Part shown: positions 19,713 through 30,254 of the stretch, piece after piece
How positions within the stretch are numbered: the first letter of the stretch is position 1
How the letters are laid out: each line of letters begins with the position of its first letter
Assembly (NCBI GenBank): GCA_002839315.1
Contig: PGXV01000005.1
Coordinates: 313,572 to 377,571, forward strand
Length of the DNA stretch: 64,000 nucleotides
Direction of reading: 5' to 3'
Source: Spirochaetae bacterium HGW-Spirochaetae-3
GTDB lineage: Bacteria; Spirochaetota; Spirochaetia; Treponematales; UBA12059
Made by a program: the position numbers and the translations under genes
Notes under the pieces: generated by a model
Told to the model about the DNA's origin: nothing
The model's input: the letters and a program-made list of their open reading frames with translations, nothing else
Databases searched by the model: none

Positions 19713-21131
19713 ATGGATTATACTGACGTCGCGGGGGCGGCGGGGCCAGACGCCCGGCGACCCGATATCGAAGATAATAAAGGAAGTTGTATAGTGCAGG
19801 ATACTGACTTTACCGTGCCGGATCTCGGCGCCCGTTCGGTACGTTCGCCGCTGGCGTTCTCCAGCGCCGTAGGCGACTCGATCGCTAATTACGTCGACGA
19901 CGCCGACAGGGTACGCTGGTATCCGGGCGCCGTATCCAAATCGGGGACCGACGCCGAATCGGGACTGCTCGAAATGGCCGGGCCGCGAGCCCGTATCTAT
20001 TTCAACCCGGCGCACGTGCACGCCGGTATCGTCACCTGCGGCGGCCTCTGCCCGGGCCTGAACGACGTGATCAGGGCCTTGGTGCGCTGCCTCTGGAACC
20101 GCTACGGCGTCAGGCGCGTCTCCGGCATACGCTTCGGCTACAAGGGCTTCCTCCCCGAGTACGGCCTGTCGGTCAAGTCGCTCGATCCGGAGATAGTCGA
20201 CGATATCCACAAGATAGGCGGCACGATACTCGGCTCCTCCCGCGGCGGGGGCGAGCGCACCGCGGAGATCGTCGACGCGATAGAGCGCATGAACCTGAAC
20301 GTCCTGTTCGCGATAGGCGGGGACGGCACGCAGAAGGGCGCCATGGCCATATCCGACGAGCTCGACAGGCGCGGGCTCAAGGTCTCCGTCGTCGGCATTC
20401 CCAAGACCATAGACAACGACCTGCTGTTCGTGGACCGCTCCTTCGGCTTCGAGACGGCGGTGGAACGGGCGGCCGACGCGGTGAACGCCGCCCACGCGGA
20501 GGCCCACTCGTCTATCAACGGCGTCGGCCTCGTGAAGCTGATGGGCCGCGACTCGGGGTTCATAGCGGTGCATACGGCGCTGGCCACGCACGAGGCCAAT
20601 TTCGTGCTGATACCGGAGGTCCGCTTCGACCTGGGCGGCCCCGCGGGCCTCCTCGCTAACCTGGAGAAGCGGCTGGCCGCCAGGAACCACGCCGTCATCG
20701 TCGTGGCCGAGGGAGCCGGCCAGGAGCTGCTCGCCGCGGACCCGGGCGCTACCGACGCCTCGGGCAACAAACGCCTCGCCGATATCGGGGCCTGGCTCCG
20801 GGATAGCGTCAACGACCACTTCAAGGCCAAGGGCGTCGAGGTCAACCTCAAGTACATCGATCCGAGCTACATGATACGGAGCGCGCCGGCCTGCCCGACA
20901 GACTCGGTCTATTGCGAGCGCCTGGGCAACAACGCGGTGCACGCGGCCATGGCCGGCAAGACCCGTATCCTTATCGGCATGGTCAATAACGAATTCGTCC
21001 ACCTGCCCACCCGCGTCGTCGTTTCCCGCAGGAATACGGTCGATCCCGAGGGCAGCCTGTACCGCGACGCCATCGACGCGACCGGCCAGCCCGTCTCTAT
21101 GATCAACGCGAAGGAGCCCGGCCATGCCTAA
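19713..21131 (+). CDS. pfk: 6-phosphofructokinase (plant/spirochaete-type PfkA family)
   Basis: Motifs [38 protein letters not shown] and MGRDSGFIA. Start chosen at ATG 19713 (AAAGGA SD). A GTG start about 70 nt further in (VQDTDF, preceded by AAAGGAAG) is an alternative. Confidence 0.85.
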   Translation: MDYTDVAGAAGPDARRPDIEDNKGSCIVQDTDFTVPDLGARSVRSPLAFSSAVGDSIANYVDDADRVRWYPGAVSKSGTDAESGLLEMAGPRARIYFNPAHVHAGIVTCGGLCPGLNDVIRALVRCLWNRYGVRRVSGIRFGYKGFLPEYGLSVKSLDPEIVDDIHKIGGTILGSSRGGGERTAEIVDAIERMNLNVLFAIGGDGTQKGAMAISDELDRRGLKVSVVGIPKTIDNDLLFVDRSFGFETAVERAADAVNAAHAEAHSSINGVGLVKLMGRDSGFIAVHTALATHEANFVLIPEVRFDLGGPAGLLANLEKRLAARNHAVIVVAEGAGQELLAADPGATDASGNKRLADIGAWLRDSVNDHFKAKGVEVNLKYIDPSYMIRSAPACPTDSVYCERLGNNAVHAAMAGKTRILIGMVNNEFVHLPTRVVVSRRNTVDPEGSLYRDAIDATGQPVSMINAKEPGHA

Positions 21132-22404
21132 GGCGAGCGTGCTTATTATCGACGAGTCGGACCTGTTCAGGGATTACCTCAAGCTACGCCTGACCCGCGC
21201 CGGGCTCGAGGCGGAGGTCGCCATCAACGGGCTCGACGGCATCTCCAAGATGCGGAACACCCCCCCTGACCTCATCGTGATGGACTACCACCTGACGAGG
21301 AAGACCTGCAAGGAAGTGCTCGAGGAGAAGGCCCGGAATCCCAATACCGCGGCCATACCCGTCGTGCTGACCGCGCAGAAGATAGACAAGAACCGCCTGC
21401 TCGAGCTGGTCCAGTACAATATCCGCAAGGTGTTCATGAAGCCCATAAAGATGGACGCCTTCTACCAGATCCTCTCCGAGATCTCCGGCGCCCGCTTCGA
21501 GGTCGACAAGACGCCGTGCATCGTCGAGGCCCACGTCAACGACAACATCGTCTTCGTCGAGCTGGCCAAGGGCATCAACCTGGAGAAGGTGGACCTCCTG
21601 CGCTTCAAGATACGGGAGCTCCTCGACCTGTACGCCATACAGAAGCCGCGCGTGCTCCTGATGCTGTCCGACATGGAGCTGTCGTTCATCGACGGCCCCA
21701 ACCTCGAGGCGCTCCTCGAGACGGTGGCCCAGGCCTCTAAGGCGAGGGCGAAGCATATCAAGGTCCTTACGCGTTCCGCCTTCGTCAAGGAATTCGTGTC
21801 GGGGCGGCCCGAGTTCGCGGAGATCGAGGTCGTGGCGAACCTGGAATACGCCCTCGAGGGCCTCATAGCCGAAGCCGCCCGCGCGGCGGACGCGCCGGAG
21901 GAGAAGGCCGCCATCATCACCGACCGCATACTGTCCACCCAGGGCTCGGCGTCGGGCGGCGAGACCGTGGAGATGCGCTTCGATTCGGAGAACGCGAGGC
22001 CCCGGCTATCCATAGAGTCCGCCAAGCACCTGGGCGACGGCCTCGCGATCGCGGTGGTGGACGACGACTTCGTGATCCAGGAACTCCTGAAGACGACGTT
22101 CGAAGCGATCAACGCCAAGGTCAGCACCTTCTCCAACGGCCGGGAATTCCTGTCGGCGGTCCGTACCCGCGTCTTCGACCTGGTATTCCTCGACCTGCGG
22201 ATGCCCGAGGTCGACGGCTTCGGCGTGCTCGCCGAGCTTAGGGCCCAGGACCTGGACATGCCTATCATCGTACTGTCGGCCGTGACGCAGCGCGAGTCGG
22301 TCGTCAAGGCCTTCAAGGCCGGAGTCAAGAGCTACCTCGTGAAGCCGTTGAAGCCGGAGCAGATACTCCGTAAGACGCTGGAGATCCTAAAGGCGAATTT
22401 CTAG
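21124..22404 (+). CDS. dual-receiver response regulator, REC-STAS-like-REC
   Basis: N-terminal REC (VLIIDESD...LIVMDYHL...VVLTAQ...FMKP). The central ~170 aa resemble an anti-sigma-antagonist/STAS fold ([26 protein letters not shown]...[21 protein letters not shown]). C-terminal REC (VVDDDF...[11 protein letters not shown]...IVLSA...YLVKP). The ATG overlaps the pfk stop by 8 nt (ATGCCTAA). Confidence 0.8.
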   Translation: MPKASVLIIDESDLFRDYLKLRLTRAGLEAEVAINGLDGISKMRNTPPDLIVMDYHLTRKTCKEVLEEKARNPNTAAIPVVLTAQKIDKNRLLELVQYNIRKVFMKPIKMDAFYQILSEISGARFEVDKTPCIVEAHVNDNIVFVELAKGINLEKVDLLRFKIRELLDLYAIQKPRVLLMLSDMELSFIDGPNLEALLETVAQASKARAKHIKVLTRSAFVKEFVSGRPEFAEIEVVANLEYALEGLIAEAARAADAPEEKAAIITDRILSTQGSASGGETVEMRFDSENARPRLSIESAKHLGDGLAIAVVDDDFVIQELLKTTFEAINAKVSTFSNGREFLSAVRTRVFDLVFLDLRMPEVDGFGVLAELRAQDLDMPIIVLSAVTQRESVVKAFKAGVKSYLVKPLKPEQILRKTLEILKANF

Positions 22405-22407
22405 CGG

Positions 22408-25044
22408 ATGGCCGGCACGGAACGGGACGATCCGCGGGCGGGAGCGCGCATGGCATTACCGGACACCATCTTCCGCGCGGCCTTCGAGCAGGCCATGCAG
22501 CCGATGATCGTGCTCAACGAGCACGGCATCCCCGCGCTATGGAACGCCGCGTTCGAGGAGCTGTTCACGCAGCTGGCCGGTTTCGTGCCGGAGCGGCTCG
22601 CGGTGCCGCTGTTCGACTGGCTCGAGGAGCGAGAGTCGTTCAGGTATTCGTATTACGTCACTGAGGTGCTTCTCGGCCGCATGCGGACCGCAACCGTCGA
22701 GTCAGGCGTCAGGAGCGCGTCGGGCAAGCGGCTTTGGCTCAGGACGACGCTCTCGCCGCTTAGCACGGCCTCGTCGCCGGACTCCCGGGCTCAGCTCGAA
22801 GCGGGCGACGCGTCCGCCCCCGGGGCGGCGGTCGGCCGGCCGGCGGCGGGCGAGCGCTGGCTATGGTGCGCGTTCCAGGACGTCACCGAGCAGAAGCTCA
22901 AGGAACGCGGCCTCGTGTCGGCGAAGGAAGAGGCCGAGAAGGCGACGCAGACCAAGAGCCAGTTCCTCGCGAACATGAGCCACGAGATACGCACGCCCAT
23001 CCAGACCATACTCGGGATGAACGAGCTGCTCGTCGAGACCGACCTGGACAAGGAGCAGATGGACTATATCCGTACCGTGCGGTTCTCGGCGGACGTGCTC
23101 CTGGGACTCATAAACGACGTGCTCGATTTCTCCAAGATCGAGGCCGGGCGGCTCGATCTCGAGGCCGCCGACTTCGACCTGCGCTCCATGCTCAGGCAGG
23201 CGGTCGACCTGATCATCCTGGACGCCCACAAGAAGAGGCTCGAGGTGATACTCGACGTCGACGACGCCCTGCCCGCGGTCGTGCACGGCGACCCGGGGCG
23301 ATTGCGCCAGATCGTCGTCAACCTGTTCAAGAACGCGGTGAAGTTCACGCACTCGGGGGATATCGTCGTCAGCGCCAGGTCCGTGGCGCCAAAGGCCGGG
23401 GCTACCGCCGCGACCGGGGCTACCGCCGCGAGGATGCGTCTCGTCGTCGCGGATTCCGGCTCCGGCGTAACCGAGGCGCTACGCGCCAGGCTGTTCACGC
23501 CGTTTACTCAGGGGAGCTCGGGGGCCAAGACCCAGGGCGGAACGGGGCTCGGGCTCGCTATATCAAGGTATCTCGTGGACGCCATGGGCGGGACGATCTG
23601 GTGCGAGCCCAACGAGCCGCGCGGCTCCCGCTTCTGCTTCGAGCTACCGTTGGGGGAACCCCTCGACTGGCCGCCGCGGCCGGTAAAGCCGGCGAGGCCC
23701 CCGCTCGAGCCCTCCCGCGTCCTCGTCGTCGACGACCATCCCAAGGCGCTCGCCTTTACCATGCGCGTCGTCGCGTCGTTCGGCCTCAGGGTCGACGGCG
23801 CGACGTCCGGCGAGGACGCGCTCGTCGCGATACGCAACGCGGCCGACGCGCGCAAGCCGTACGCCGCCTGCCTCGTCGATCAGGATATGCCGGGTATGGA
23901 CGGATGGAGGCTCGGCGCCGAGGTGACCGCCGATCGTCGGATCAACGGAACGCGTCTCGTGCTGCTGGCTCCGGAGGGCGCCATCGGCCCGGACGCCAAG
24001 ATGAAGCTGCTGCAATGGTTCAACGGCTACGCGGTCAAGCCCATCGCCCCCGACGAGCTGTACGACGTGCTACAGCGCGCCCTTGGCGAAGAGGTGGACC
24101 TGGCGCCGGTGGACGACGAGCCGATCGACGAGCCTTCCCCCGAGCCTTTCCCCGAGGACGCGGCCGTCGGCCGCGTCCCGGGAGAACGGCGCTCCGGGGA
24201 TCGCCGCGTCGACGAGCGTCGGCTGGGCGAGCGGCGCGTCGAGAAGCGGCGCTCGAGCGAGGCGTCCGTCGACGTATCGCTAGGGCTGTCCGTGTTGCTC
24301 GCCGAGGACCACGTCGTCAACCAGGAACTCTTCACCGTGCTGCTCCGCAAGCTCGGCTGCGAGGTGACCGTCGCCGGCGACGGCGAGGAGGCGCTGGAGA
24401 AGGCGGCCGTCGGGAACTTCGATATGGTGCTGATGGACATCTTCATGCCTAACATGGACGGTTACGAGGCCGCGAGGGCCCTGCGCGAGCGCGGCTTCTC
24501 CAAGCCGATCATCGCGGTGACGGCGAGCGCCCTCAAGGGAGAGCGCGACAAGTGCATCGAGGTCGGCATGAACGACGTGCTCGTGAAGCCGTTCAAGAAG
24601 GTGGACCTCGCCGACAAGCTGGGGTTCTGGGCCGAGAAGGCGACGGAGGCGGAGGTCCCGGTAGTCGCCGCGGCGCCCGCCTCGGACCGGGACGGCGCGG
24701 AGAGCGCCGTGCTCGATTTCGGAGCGCTCGTAGAGACCTTCCTCGGACGCAGGGAGAAGGTGGTCGAGCTGCTGGTCCGGTTCTCCGCGAAGACGCGCTC
24801 TCAGCTGGCGGATATGGAGGCGGCCGGCGCGGCCGGCGACGCCAAGACACTGCGGGAGATCGCCCACTCCATAAAAGGCGCCGCCTGGAGCCTGACTGCC
24901 AAGGAGCTGGGGGACGCGGCCATGCGCATCGAGTCCGCCGCTGGGGCGGGCGACGCCGCGACGGCCGCGGGCCTGCTGCCCGCTCTGTCGGCGCGCTTCG
25001 CCGAATTCGAGTCCAGGGCCAAGTACTACACCGAGGGATCGTGA
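22408..25044 (+). CDS. hybrid sensor histidine kinase (PAS-HisKA-HATPase-REC-REC-HPt)
   Basis: H-box [21 protein letters not shown] and ATPase [19 protein letters not shown]. Two receivers (VLVVDDHP...[10 protein letters not shown]; [10 protein letters not shown]...[11 protein letters not shown]...LVKPF). C-terminal HPt ([12 protein letters not shown]). Starts 3 nt after the preceding stop. Confidence 0.9.
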   Translation: MAGTERDDPRAGARMALPDTIFRAAFEQAMQPMIVLNEHGIPALWNAAFEELFTQLAGFVPERLAVPLFDWLEERESFRYSYYVTEVLLGRMRTATVESGVRSASGKRLWLRTTLSPLSTASSPDSRAQLEAGDASAPGAAVGRPAAGERWLWCAFQDVTEQKLKERGLVSAKEEAEKATQTKSQFLANMSHEIRTPIQTILGMNELLVETDLDKEQMDYIRTVRFSADVLLGLINDVLDFSKIEAGRLDLEAADFDLRSMLRQAVDLIILDAHKKRLEVILDVDDALPAVVHGDPGRLRQIVVNLFKNAVKFTHSGDIVVSARSVAPKAGATAATGATAARMRLVVADSGSGVTEALRARLFTPFTQGSSGAKTQGGTGLGLAISRYLVDAMGGTIWCEPNEPRGSRFCFELPLGEPLDWPPRPVKPARPPLEPSRVLVVDDHPKALAFTMRVVASFGLRVDGATSGEDALVAIRNAADARKPYAACLVDQDMPGMDGWRLGAEVTADRRINGTRLVLLAPEGAIGPDAKMKLLQWFNGYAVKPIAPDELYDVLQRALGEEVDLAPVDDEPIDEPSPEPFPEDAAVGRVPGERRSGDRRVDERRLGERRVEKRRSSEASVDVSLGLSVLLAEDHVVNQELFTVLLRKLGCEVTVAGDGEEALEKAAVGNFDMVLMDIFMPNMDGYEAARALRERGFSKPIIAVTASALKGERDKCIEVGMNDVLVKPFKKVDLADKLGFWAEKATEAEVPVVAAAPASDRDGAESAVLDFGALVETFLGRREKVVELLVRFSAKTRSQLADMEAAGAAGDAKTLREIAHSIKGAAWSLTAKELGDAAMRIESAAGAGDAATAAGLLPALSARFAEFESRAKYYTEGS
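23396..23431 (+). repeat. perfect 18-bp in-frame tandem duplication inside the kinase gene
   Basis: CCGGGGCTACCGCCGCGA occurs twice back to back, encoding the duplicated hexapeptide within [15 protein letters not shown]. Confidence 0.9.
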
Positions 25045-25640
25045 GCCCCGCTCCGGAGACGCGCGGCGATCTCTTCGAGCCCGCCTCGTACCGCGTCGTC
25101 TGCGGCATCGACGAAGCGGGCAGGGGGCCGCTCGCCGGCCCTGTCTCGGCCGCCGCCGTCATCCTGCCCGACGATTTCCCGCTCTCGCTGCTCGACGACT
25201 CCAAGGCGCTGTCGGAGAAGGCGCGGAACGCGGCGTTCGAGATCATCGCGACGAGGTCCCGCTGGGCCAACGAGTGGGCCTGGCCGTCGGAGATAGACGA
25301 GCTGAATATCCTGTGGGCGACGATGCTCGCGATGCGGCGGGCGTTCCTGCGCCTGGGAGCCGCGCCCGATATCGTCATAGTCGACGGCACGAAGACGCCG
25401 GACATCCCGTGCGCTCGCCGCGCCATGGTAAAGGCGGACGCCCTCGTGCCGGCCGTGATGGCCGCGTCCATAGTCGCCAAGGTGTCCCGGGACCGCATGA
25501 TGGAACGCTACGACTGGCTCTACCCGGAGTACGGCTATGCGCGCCACAAGGGCTACCCGACGGCGGCCCACAGGGCCGCGTGCCGCGCCCTGGGGCCATC
25601 GCCTATACAGAGGATGAGCTTCAAGTATTCAAAGGAATGA
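25041..25640 (+). CDS. rnhB: ribonuclease HII
   Basis: ORF 24552..25640 trimmed to GTG 25041 (GAGGGA SD; GTGA overlap with the kinase stop). [22 protein letters not shown] and a C-terminal HKGYPT motif. Confidence 0.9.
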   Translation: MSPAPETRGDLFEPASYRVVCGIDEAGRGPLAGPVSAAAVILPDDFPLSLLDDSKALSEKARNAAFEIIATRSRWANEWAWPSEIDELNILWATMLAMRRAFLRLGAAPDIVIVDGTKTPDIPCARRAMVKADALVPAVMAASIVAKVSRDRMMERYDWLYPEYGYARHKGYPTAAHRAACRALGPSPIQRMSFKYSKE

Positions 25641-25651
25641 GTTAGGCGCGC

Positions 25652-26299
25652 CTACTCGTCTTTTTTCGGCGCGACCTTCTTGACGGTCAGCCGCTTGGCG
25701 GCGGGCTTCTTGACGGCCGGCGGGATAGCCTTGGCCGCGGCCTTCGGCTTTACCCGTAGCACGCGCCCCTTGCCTGCCGGCTTGGATTCGCCGGAGCGCC
25801 GGTCGTCGTTGGGCCCGCGGGAGGAACGGCCGGTCGCCCGGTCTATCTCTCCGCGTACCGAGGCTCGCCTCGCGACGTCCCGGGATGCGCCGTCGGAGCG
25901 TGAAGCCCCCTCGGCGCGGGCGGGACGAGGATCGGCGCCGCGGGGCCTGCCGGTATCGATATAGTGGCGGGGGCGTTCGTCGTCGGTAAGCCGGTGCATC
26001 GTCTCGCGGCCGTCGTCCCGCGGCGCCATAGCATCGCGCTTCGTACGGGGCGGCTTGACCCGCTCGGAGGGAGCGGCTTCCTTCATCGCTTCGAGCGACT
26101 TCTGGAAGGCCTTGATGAATTCATCGGCGTTGTCCTGGAAGATCACGATGGATCGCCGGTCGAAGTCGCCGGTTTCCGTGGGCTTGCTCTCGACTATCGC
26201 GAGAAAAAGGTCGCCCATGCGGTTTTCCTTGACGTTGAAAAAGTACGTCCTGCCGTCGCACGCTATGCGCGTTGAAAAGAGCTCACCACGTAGGCCCAT
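25652..26299 (-). CDS. PUR-alpha-like (DUF3276/Bpur-type) nucleic-acid-binding protein with long basic tail
   Basis: N-terminal ELFSTRIACDGRTYFFNVKENRMGDLFLAIVESKP...RSIVIFQDNADEFIKAF matches the bacterial PUR repeat pattern. It is followed by ~130 aa rich in Arg, Pro, Lys and Ala. GGGAGGGG SD. Confidence 0.65.
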   Translation of the reverse strand: MGLRGELFSTRIACDGRTYFFNVKENRMGDLFLAIVESKPTETGDFDRRSIVIFQDNADEFIKAFQKSLEAMKEAAPSERVKPPRTKRDAMAPRDDGRETMHRLTDDERPRHYIDTGRPRGADPRPARAEGASRSDGASRDVARRASVRGEIDRATGRSSRGPNDDRRSGESKPAGKGRVLRVKPKAAAKAIPPAVKKPAAKRLTVKKVAPKKDE

Positions 26300-26349
26300 C
26301 GAATCCCCTCCCTGATACTACGTCGCGGATACTAACGCTTATTGCGGTA

Positions 26350-28290
26350 TTATGCAAGGGAGTCCGCTTCTCGTACCATCGTCGCATGCTTGTCCAAGAG
26401 CAGAGACTCGATAGCGCCGTCGTCGTCGCGGGCGTCCGCCATGACGCGGAAGACCGGTTCCGTACCCGAGCCGCGCATCCACAGGAATCCGGCCGTCCTG
26501 CCGGCCGCGTCGGACAGCGCTAGCTTGAGGCCGCCCGAACCCGATTCCCCGAAGGAGCCCGAAAGCTCTCGCTCCGCCGAGCCAGAGCTGGCCAGGGCCT
26601 TCCACGTCAGCGGGCCGTATCGCGGTTCCAGCTCGCGCGCGATGGACGGCCAGCGCTTCCTGAATATCGATTCGTAGGCGTTCTTGAGGGCGACGTGGTC
26701 GCGCGATCGCACGCGCAGGGCCGCCCTGTCCTCGAAGACGCTCGTCGTCGCGAAGCGGGGAAGGCTGGCGAGTACGTCGGCCAGGCCGAATTCGTCGCGG
26801 TACCCCGTCGCCTGACCGGAGCGCTCGAGCCACAGCCGGAACGGCCCCGGCGCGTCGCCGTCGTCGCGCAGGTACAGGAGCTTGAGGATAGCCGTCACGG
26901 TATTGAGCGGATCGCGGACGCCGGCCGGATGGGTGATGACGCCGCCGTTGGAGCCCTCGCCCAGTATGCGCACCTCGTAGCCGCGTTCGCGTAGCGACCG
27001 CGCGAGGCCGACGACGTTGGCCTCGCCCGTCTCGGCCCTGAACACCTCGGCTCCGAGCGCCCCGGCTATCGCCTCTATCCGGAGGCTCGTAGCGTCGTTG
27101 CACGCGACCGCGGTCCTGGCGGCCCGACCCTCGGGGAGAGCCGAAGGGAGATACGCTCGGGCGGCCATCGTCGACAGCTCCGCGAGCGTCGCCAGCGCGA
27201 ACGTCTCCTGTGCCTCCAGCGCCTTGGCTTCCCCGTCCTCGACGTCCCAGTAGACGATGTTCCCCCGGTCGCCGTCGCAATCGGGCACGTAGCCGAGGAC
27301 GAACGACGGGTCGGACGCGCGCGCCTCCGCGAGCGCCCGCCTGCACGGCTCCAGCGACTCGCCCTCGGGTACGATACGGTGCGCGAAGCGGCGCGGCTCG
27401 GCGTTCAGCCTGAGCACGGTGACCCCGAGCCCGGACAGGAAGTCCTCGTCGATAGACAGCGAGCGCGCCGAGCCGTTCATCTCGGCTATGACGCCGGCGC
27501 CCTTTGCGGCCACGGCGGCCGACAGCGCGTCGAGCTCCCGTTCCTGGGCGCCCAGATCCGACGAGGCGCCCGCGACCTCGCGGGCGAACAGGGTATAGTC
27601 GGAGATGGCGCGCCGCTTTGCCGCCCCGCATCCGGCGTATAGCGCCGCGACGGCGTCGGGGGCGGCCGTCGCGGCGAGGGCGGCCGTCGCGTCGATATCG
27701 GCCGCTGTGCAGGCGCCTTCCTTCAAGGCCGCTATAAGCGTCTTCGCGACGGAGCCCGGAAGGACGCCTCCGTCGGTCAGCCCGAACTTGACGCCGTTGT
27801 GGCCGGGTGGATTATGGCTCGCGGAGATATAGCAGAACGCGTCGAGGCGCTCGCGGTGGCCGGAGGGCAGGGCTCCCGATCGCCGCGCCCACGCCATGAT
27901 CTCCGGCGCGGCGCATATGAACGCGTAGCGGACCGCTAGCCCGCGCGCCAGGAAGACCCGGGCCATCACGTCGGCTATCGCCGGCCCCGTCGGCCGCGTG
28001 TCTATGCCGAGCGCTATCGTAGGCGACGCTCCAGGCGCCGCCGCGCCGAGCATGAATCCGGCGAACGCGTCGGCCATCCTCGCGGCGACGTAGGCCTTCG
28101 CGGGGGACAGGCCCTCGGCCATGTCGTCGTCGGATGCGCCGAACACGCCGCGCCAACCCGACGCGGAAAGTATGAGCGTATCGAAGAACGCGCGCGCCGC
28201 CTCGGGCGTCGGCTTCGTCGAAAGCGGATCGGTATACGGGTCGCCTATGGCGAACCCCGTCGCGGGATGCATCATCATGAAGGATTCCAT
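26350..28290 (-). CDS. phosphoglucomutase/phosphomannomutase family protein
   Basis: Active-site serine loop YISASHNPPGHNGVKF; four-domain length (646 aa). Start ATG 28290 is preceded by TATAATACCCCT with no SD. The internal MMMHP methionines are alternative starts. Confidence 0.85.
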   Translation of the reverse strand: MESFMMMHPATGFAIGDPYTDPLSTKPTPEAARAFFDTLILSASGWRGVFGASDDDMAEGLSPAKAYVAARMADAFAGFMLGAAAPGASPTIALGIDTRPTGPAIADVMARVFLARGLAVRYAFICAAPEIMAWARRSGALPSGHRERLDAFCYISASHNPPGHNGVKFGLTDGGVLPGSVAKTLIAALKEGACTAADIDATAALAATAAPDAVAALYAGCGAAKRRAISDYTLFAREVAGASSDLGAQERELDALSAAVAAKGAGVIAEMNGSARSLSIDEDFLSGLGVTVLRLNAEPRRFAHRIVPEGESLEPCRRALAEARASDPSFVLGYVPDCDGDRGNIVYWDVEDGEAKALEAQETFALATLAELSTMAARAYLPSALPEGRAARTAVACNDATSLRIEAIAGALGAEVFRAETGEANVVGLARSLRERGYEVRILGEGSNGGVITHPAGVRDPLNTVTAILKLLYLRDDGDAPGPFRLWLERSGQATGYRDEFGLADVLASLPRFATTSVFEDRAALRVRSRDHVALKNAYESIFRKRWPSIARELEPRYGPLTWKALASSGSAERELSGSFGESGSGGLKLALSDAAGRTAGFLWMRGSGTEPVFRVMADARDDDGAIESLLLDKHATMVREADSLA

Positions 28291-28629
28291 AGGGGTATTA
28301 TATAAGAAATCCGCCGAGAGGAAAGAGAGAAGAAGTGTGAGTGTGAGTGAAGATACGCTATTCTTTCTTAATTCTCATAATCACGCACATAACTCACACA
28401 GATCACAGATTCCAAATGCGAGTAAAGAGACGATCTCCTGTGCTCACGCGCATAACCCATTCTGGTCTATGATAGGGAGGGTGAATGCCGGCTCCGGAAA
28501 TGATTCGCTGAATGCTTGTATAAAGTACCGTCAGCACTAGAATAGGCATTGCGCCTCAGAGTAATCCGACGTTTCCTTCTGGCCCGCCTGAACCGAGTCG
28601 AGGGTTGTTATTCTAAAAGGAGGCCGTGA

Positions 28630-29322
28630 ATGGCTTGGGATCAGCTCTTGCCCCTGGCGATAATGATCTCCGTGGTGATCGTCCTACTACTCTTCATGAG
28701 GCGGCGCCTCGAGGCCGATTCACGGCGACCGGAGAGGGCGCGAACGCTCTGCGCCGAGTTGGGGTTCAATTTCATTGCGGGACACGATGCTCGCTTCCGT
28801 AACCAGGGCGCCCCGGCCATGCCTATGGACCTGGCGGCCCTGGACCGGCTTCCCGCTTCGCTGAGATCCAGCCTCATCGAGGACTCCTCCTGGAGGGGCG
28901 AGGGCGTATTCGGGAAGGCGCGCATCGCGGTGTACGACGACGTCCGCCCTACGGGCAATCGCTTCCAGACCTTCCTGGTCGTCCGGGGATATTTCCGCGA
29001 CGGCCCCGTCGAGCCTTTCCGCATCGAGAGGAAGGGCGGGCTCGCGCTTCTCCTCTCGAAGAAGCCGTCGACCGGGAACGTTTTCTTCGACAGGAAGCTC
29101 CGGGTCGAGGGTGGAGAGGCGAGCGCCGTTCGCAGGGCACTCTCGAACGATGCGTTCCTGAAGGCATCCGAAGCATTGTTCGTTGCATCGCGCCGAGCCA
29201 GGATCGACGAGGAGGGAGCCTGCTGGGAGAAGAAGGACGCGCCTCTAGATATAGCGTCCCTAACGGAGACGATGCGGCTGGTCTCCGACGCGGTCCTCGC
29301 GTTTCCCGTAAGCGGGAGATGA
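28630..29322 (+). CDS. hypothetical membrane-anchored protein
   Basis: AAGGAGG SD 6 nt upstream. N-terminal TM helix LLPLAIMISVVIVLLLF, then a soluble domain with no motif I recognise. Composition is slightly less GC-rich than its neighbours by eye. Confidence 0.55.
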   Translation: MAWDQLLPLAIMISVVIVLLLFMRRRLEADSRRPERARTLCAELGFNFIAGHDARFRNQGAPAMPMDLAALDRLPASLRSSLIEDSSWRGEGVFGKARIAVYDDVRPTGNRFQTFLVVRGYFRDGPVEPFRIERKGGLALLLSKKPSTGNVFFDRKLRVEGGEASAVRRALSNDAFLKASEALFVASRRARIDEEGACWEKKDAPLDIASLTETMRLVSDAVLAFPVSGR

Positions 29323-29465
29323 CCCCGCGCCGATCGTGAATTCCTGGTACCGTGTCTTGATCACAGATCACTTCTTCCCGCGACGATGTCCGACACGACG
29401 CCCCTTAACCTTTGTTCCTAACAAGCCTCGTATGCACGCGGAGGAGGGTGTCATAAGAAAATCGA

Positions 29466-29482
29466 CCTTCGCGCAGCGAAGG
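29466..29482. terminator. bidirectional intrinsic terminator between convergent genes
   Basis: CCTTCGC-GCA-GCGAAGG perfect 7-bp stem, flanked by T-rich tracts on both strands (CCATTTTCG on +, TCGATTTTCTTAT on -). It lies between the ends of the 28630 gene and csrA. Confidence 0.65.
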
Positions 29483-29565
29483 CCATTTTCGTATGACAGG
29501 CCTCTCCGAGATGATTTTCCAGGCTTTTCTGAATTCACGAACCCGTCCCGGGGCGTCGTGTCGGG

Positions 29566-29787
29566 TCAGGCCTTCGGTAGGTCGAGGCTTGGCAGCTCGA
29601 GCGCGGAGCCGGCGGCCAGGCGGTTCTCTTCCTGTATGGCGTCGTACACTTCCTGACGGAATACCTTGACGCTCTTGGGCGCGTCGATGCCGAGCTTTAT
29701 CTGGTCGCCCCGGATCTCCACGACGGATATGACGATGCCGTCGCCTATGACGACCTTCTCGTTGAGCTTGCGCGACAGTATGAGCAT
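29566..29787 (-). CDS. csrA: carbon storage regulator CsrA
   Basis: [48 protein letters not shown] is an unmistakable CsrA core. It has a C-terminal extension, as in FliW-partnered CsrA proteins. Confidence 0.95.
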   Translation of the reverse strand: MLILSRKLNEKVVIGDGIVISVVEIRGDQIKLGIDAPKSVKVFRQEVYDAIQEENRLAAGSALELPSLDLPKA

Positions 29788-29791
29788 CGCG

Positions 29792-30232
29792 CTACTTCCT
29801 CGAAGCGGCGAGTTCCGCCATCACGTCGTGCTTGGTATGCCAGCGCGGATCCGCGAGCACGATCTGGGCGCCGCGCCTGGCCTTACGGCCGATGACGAGC
29901 GGTCCCATCAGGTTGGCCGTAACGGGGCCGCCGTTCGGGGGCACGGTTACCAGCGCCAGCACCAGGGCGTCCTCCGGGTCGGTTATGCCGAGGGCCCCCA
30001 GGTAGTCGTCGGCCGCGTCCACCGCGTAGTCAGGCCTGAACAGGAACGGGTCGAGCAGTATGAAGCCGAGCTCGGACAGCTCCGTCGACTGCAGGAAGAA
30101 GTACGGCTTCTGCGGCGCGTCGAGGAGAGCGTACGAGGTGAATTTCTTGAAGCCGATCAGCCCGTCGGGTATGTCTAGTATCTGGCGCTCGTCGACGTCG
30201 AGCTCGCCCATGATCTTCGTCTGTATCTTCAT
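29792..30232 (-). CDS. fliW: flagellar assembly factor FliW
   Basis: ORF trimmed to [28 protein letters not shown] (family-typical N-terminus) ...NLMGPLVI. Ends 4 nt upstream of csrA. Confidence 0.88.
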   Translation of the reverse strand: MKIQTKIMGELDVDERQILDIPDGLIGFKKFTSYALLDAPQKPYFFLQSTELSELGFILLDPFLFRPDYAVDAADDYLGALGITDPEDALVLALVTVPPNGGPVTANLMGPLVIGRKARRGAQIVLADPRWHTKHDVMAELAASRK

Positions 30233-30254
30233 ATCGCCGCCGAATTTGACGGAA

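Noticed and set aside
19614-21125. 503-aa reverse-strand ORF antisense to pfk. The same applies to similar long antisense or shadow ORFs, e.g. 44997..46871, 5659..6570, 7260..8612, 13434..14315, 26339..27631, 38429..39577, 52967..54121
   Set aside because: These are typical high-GC shadow frames. The translations are Arg/Gly/Pro/Ala-rich with no motifs, while the opposite strand carries clear family signatures.
28401-29368. Exact 10-mer GATCACAGAT at 28401-28410 and 29359-29368, flanking the hypothetical gene 28630..29322 (possible insertion target duplication)
   Set aside because: A single 10-nt match between two ~300-nt spacers is near chance expectation. There is no integrase, no inverted terminal repeats and no extended homology.
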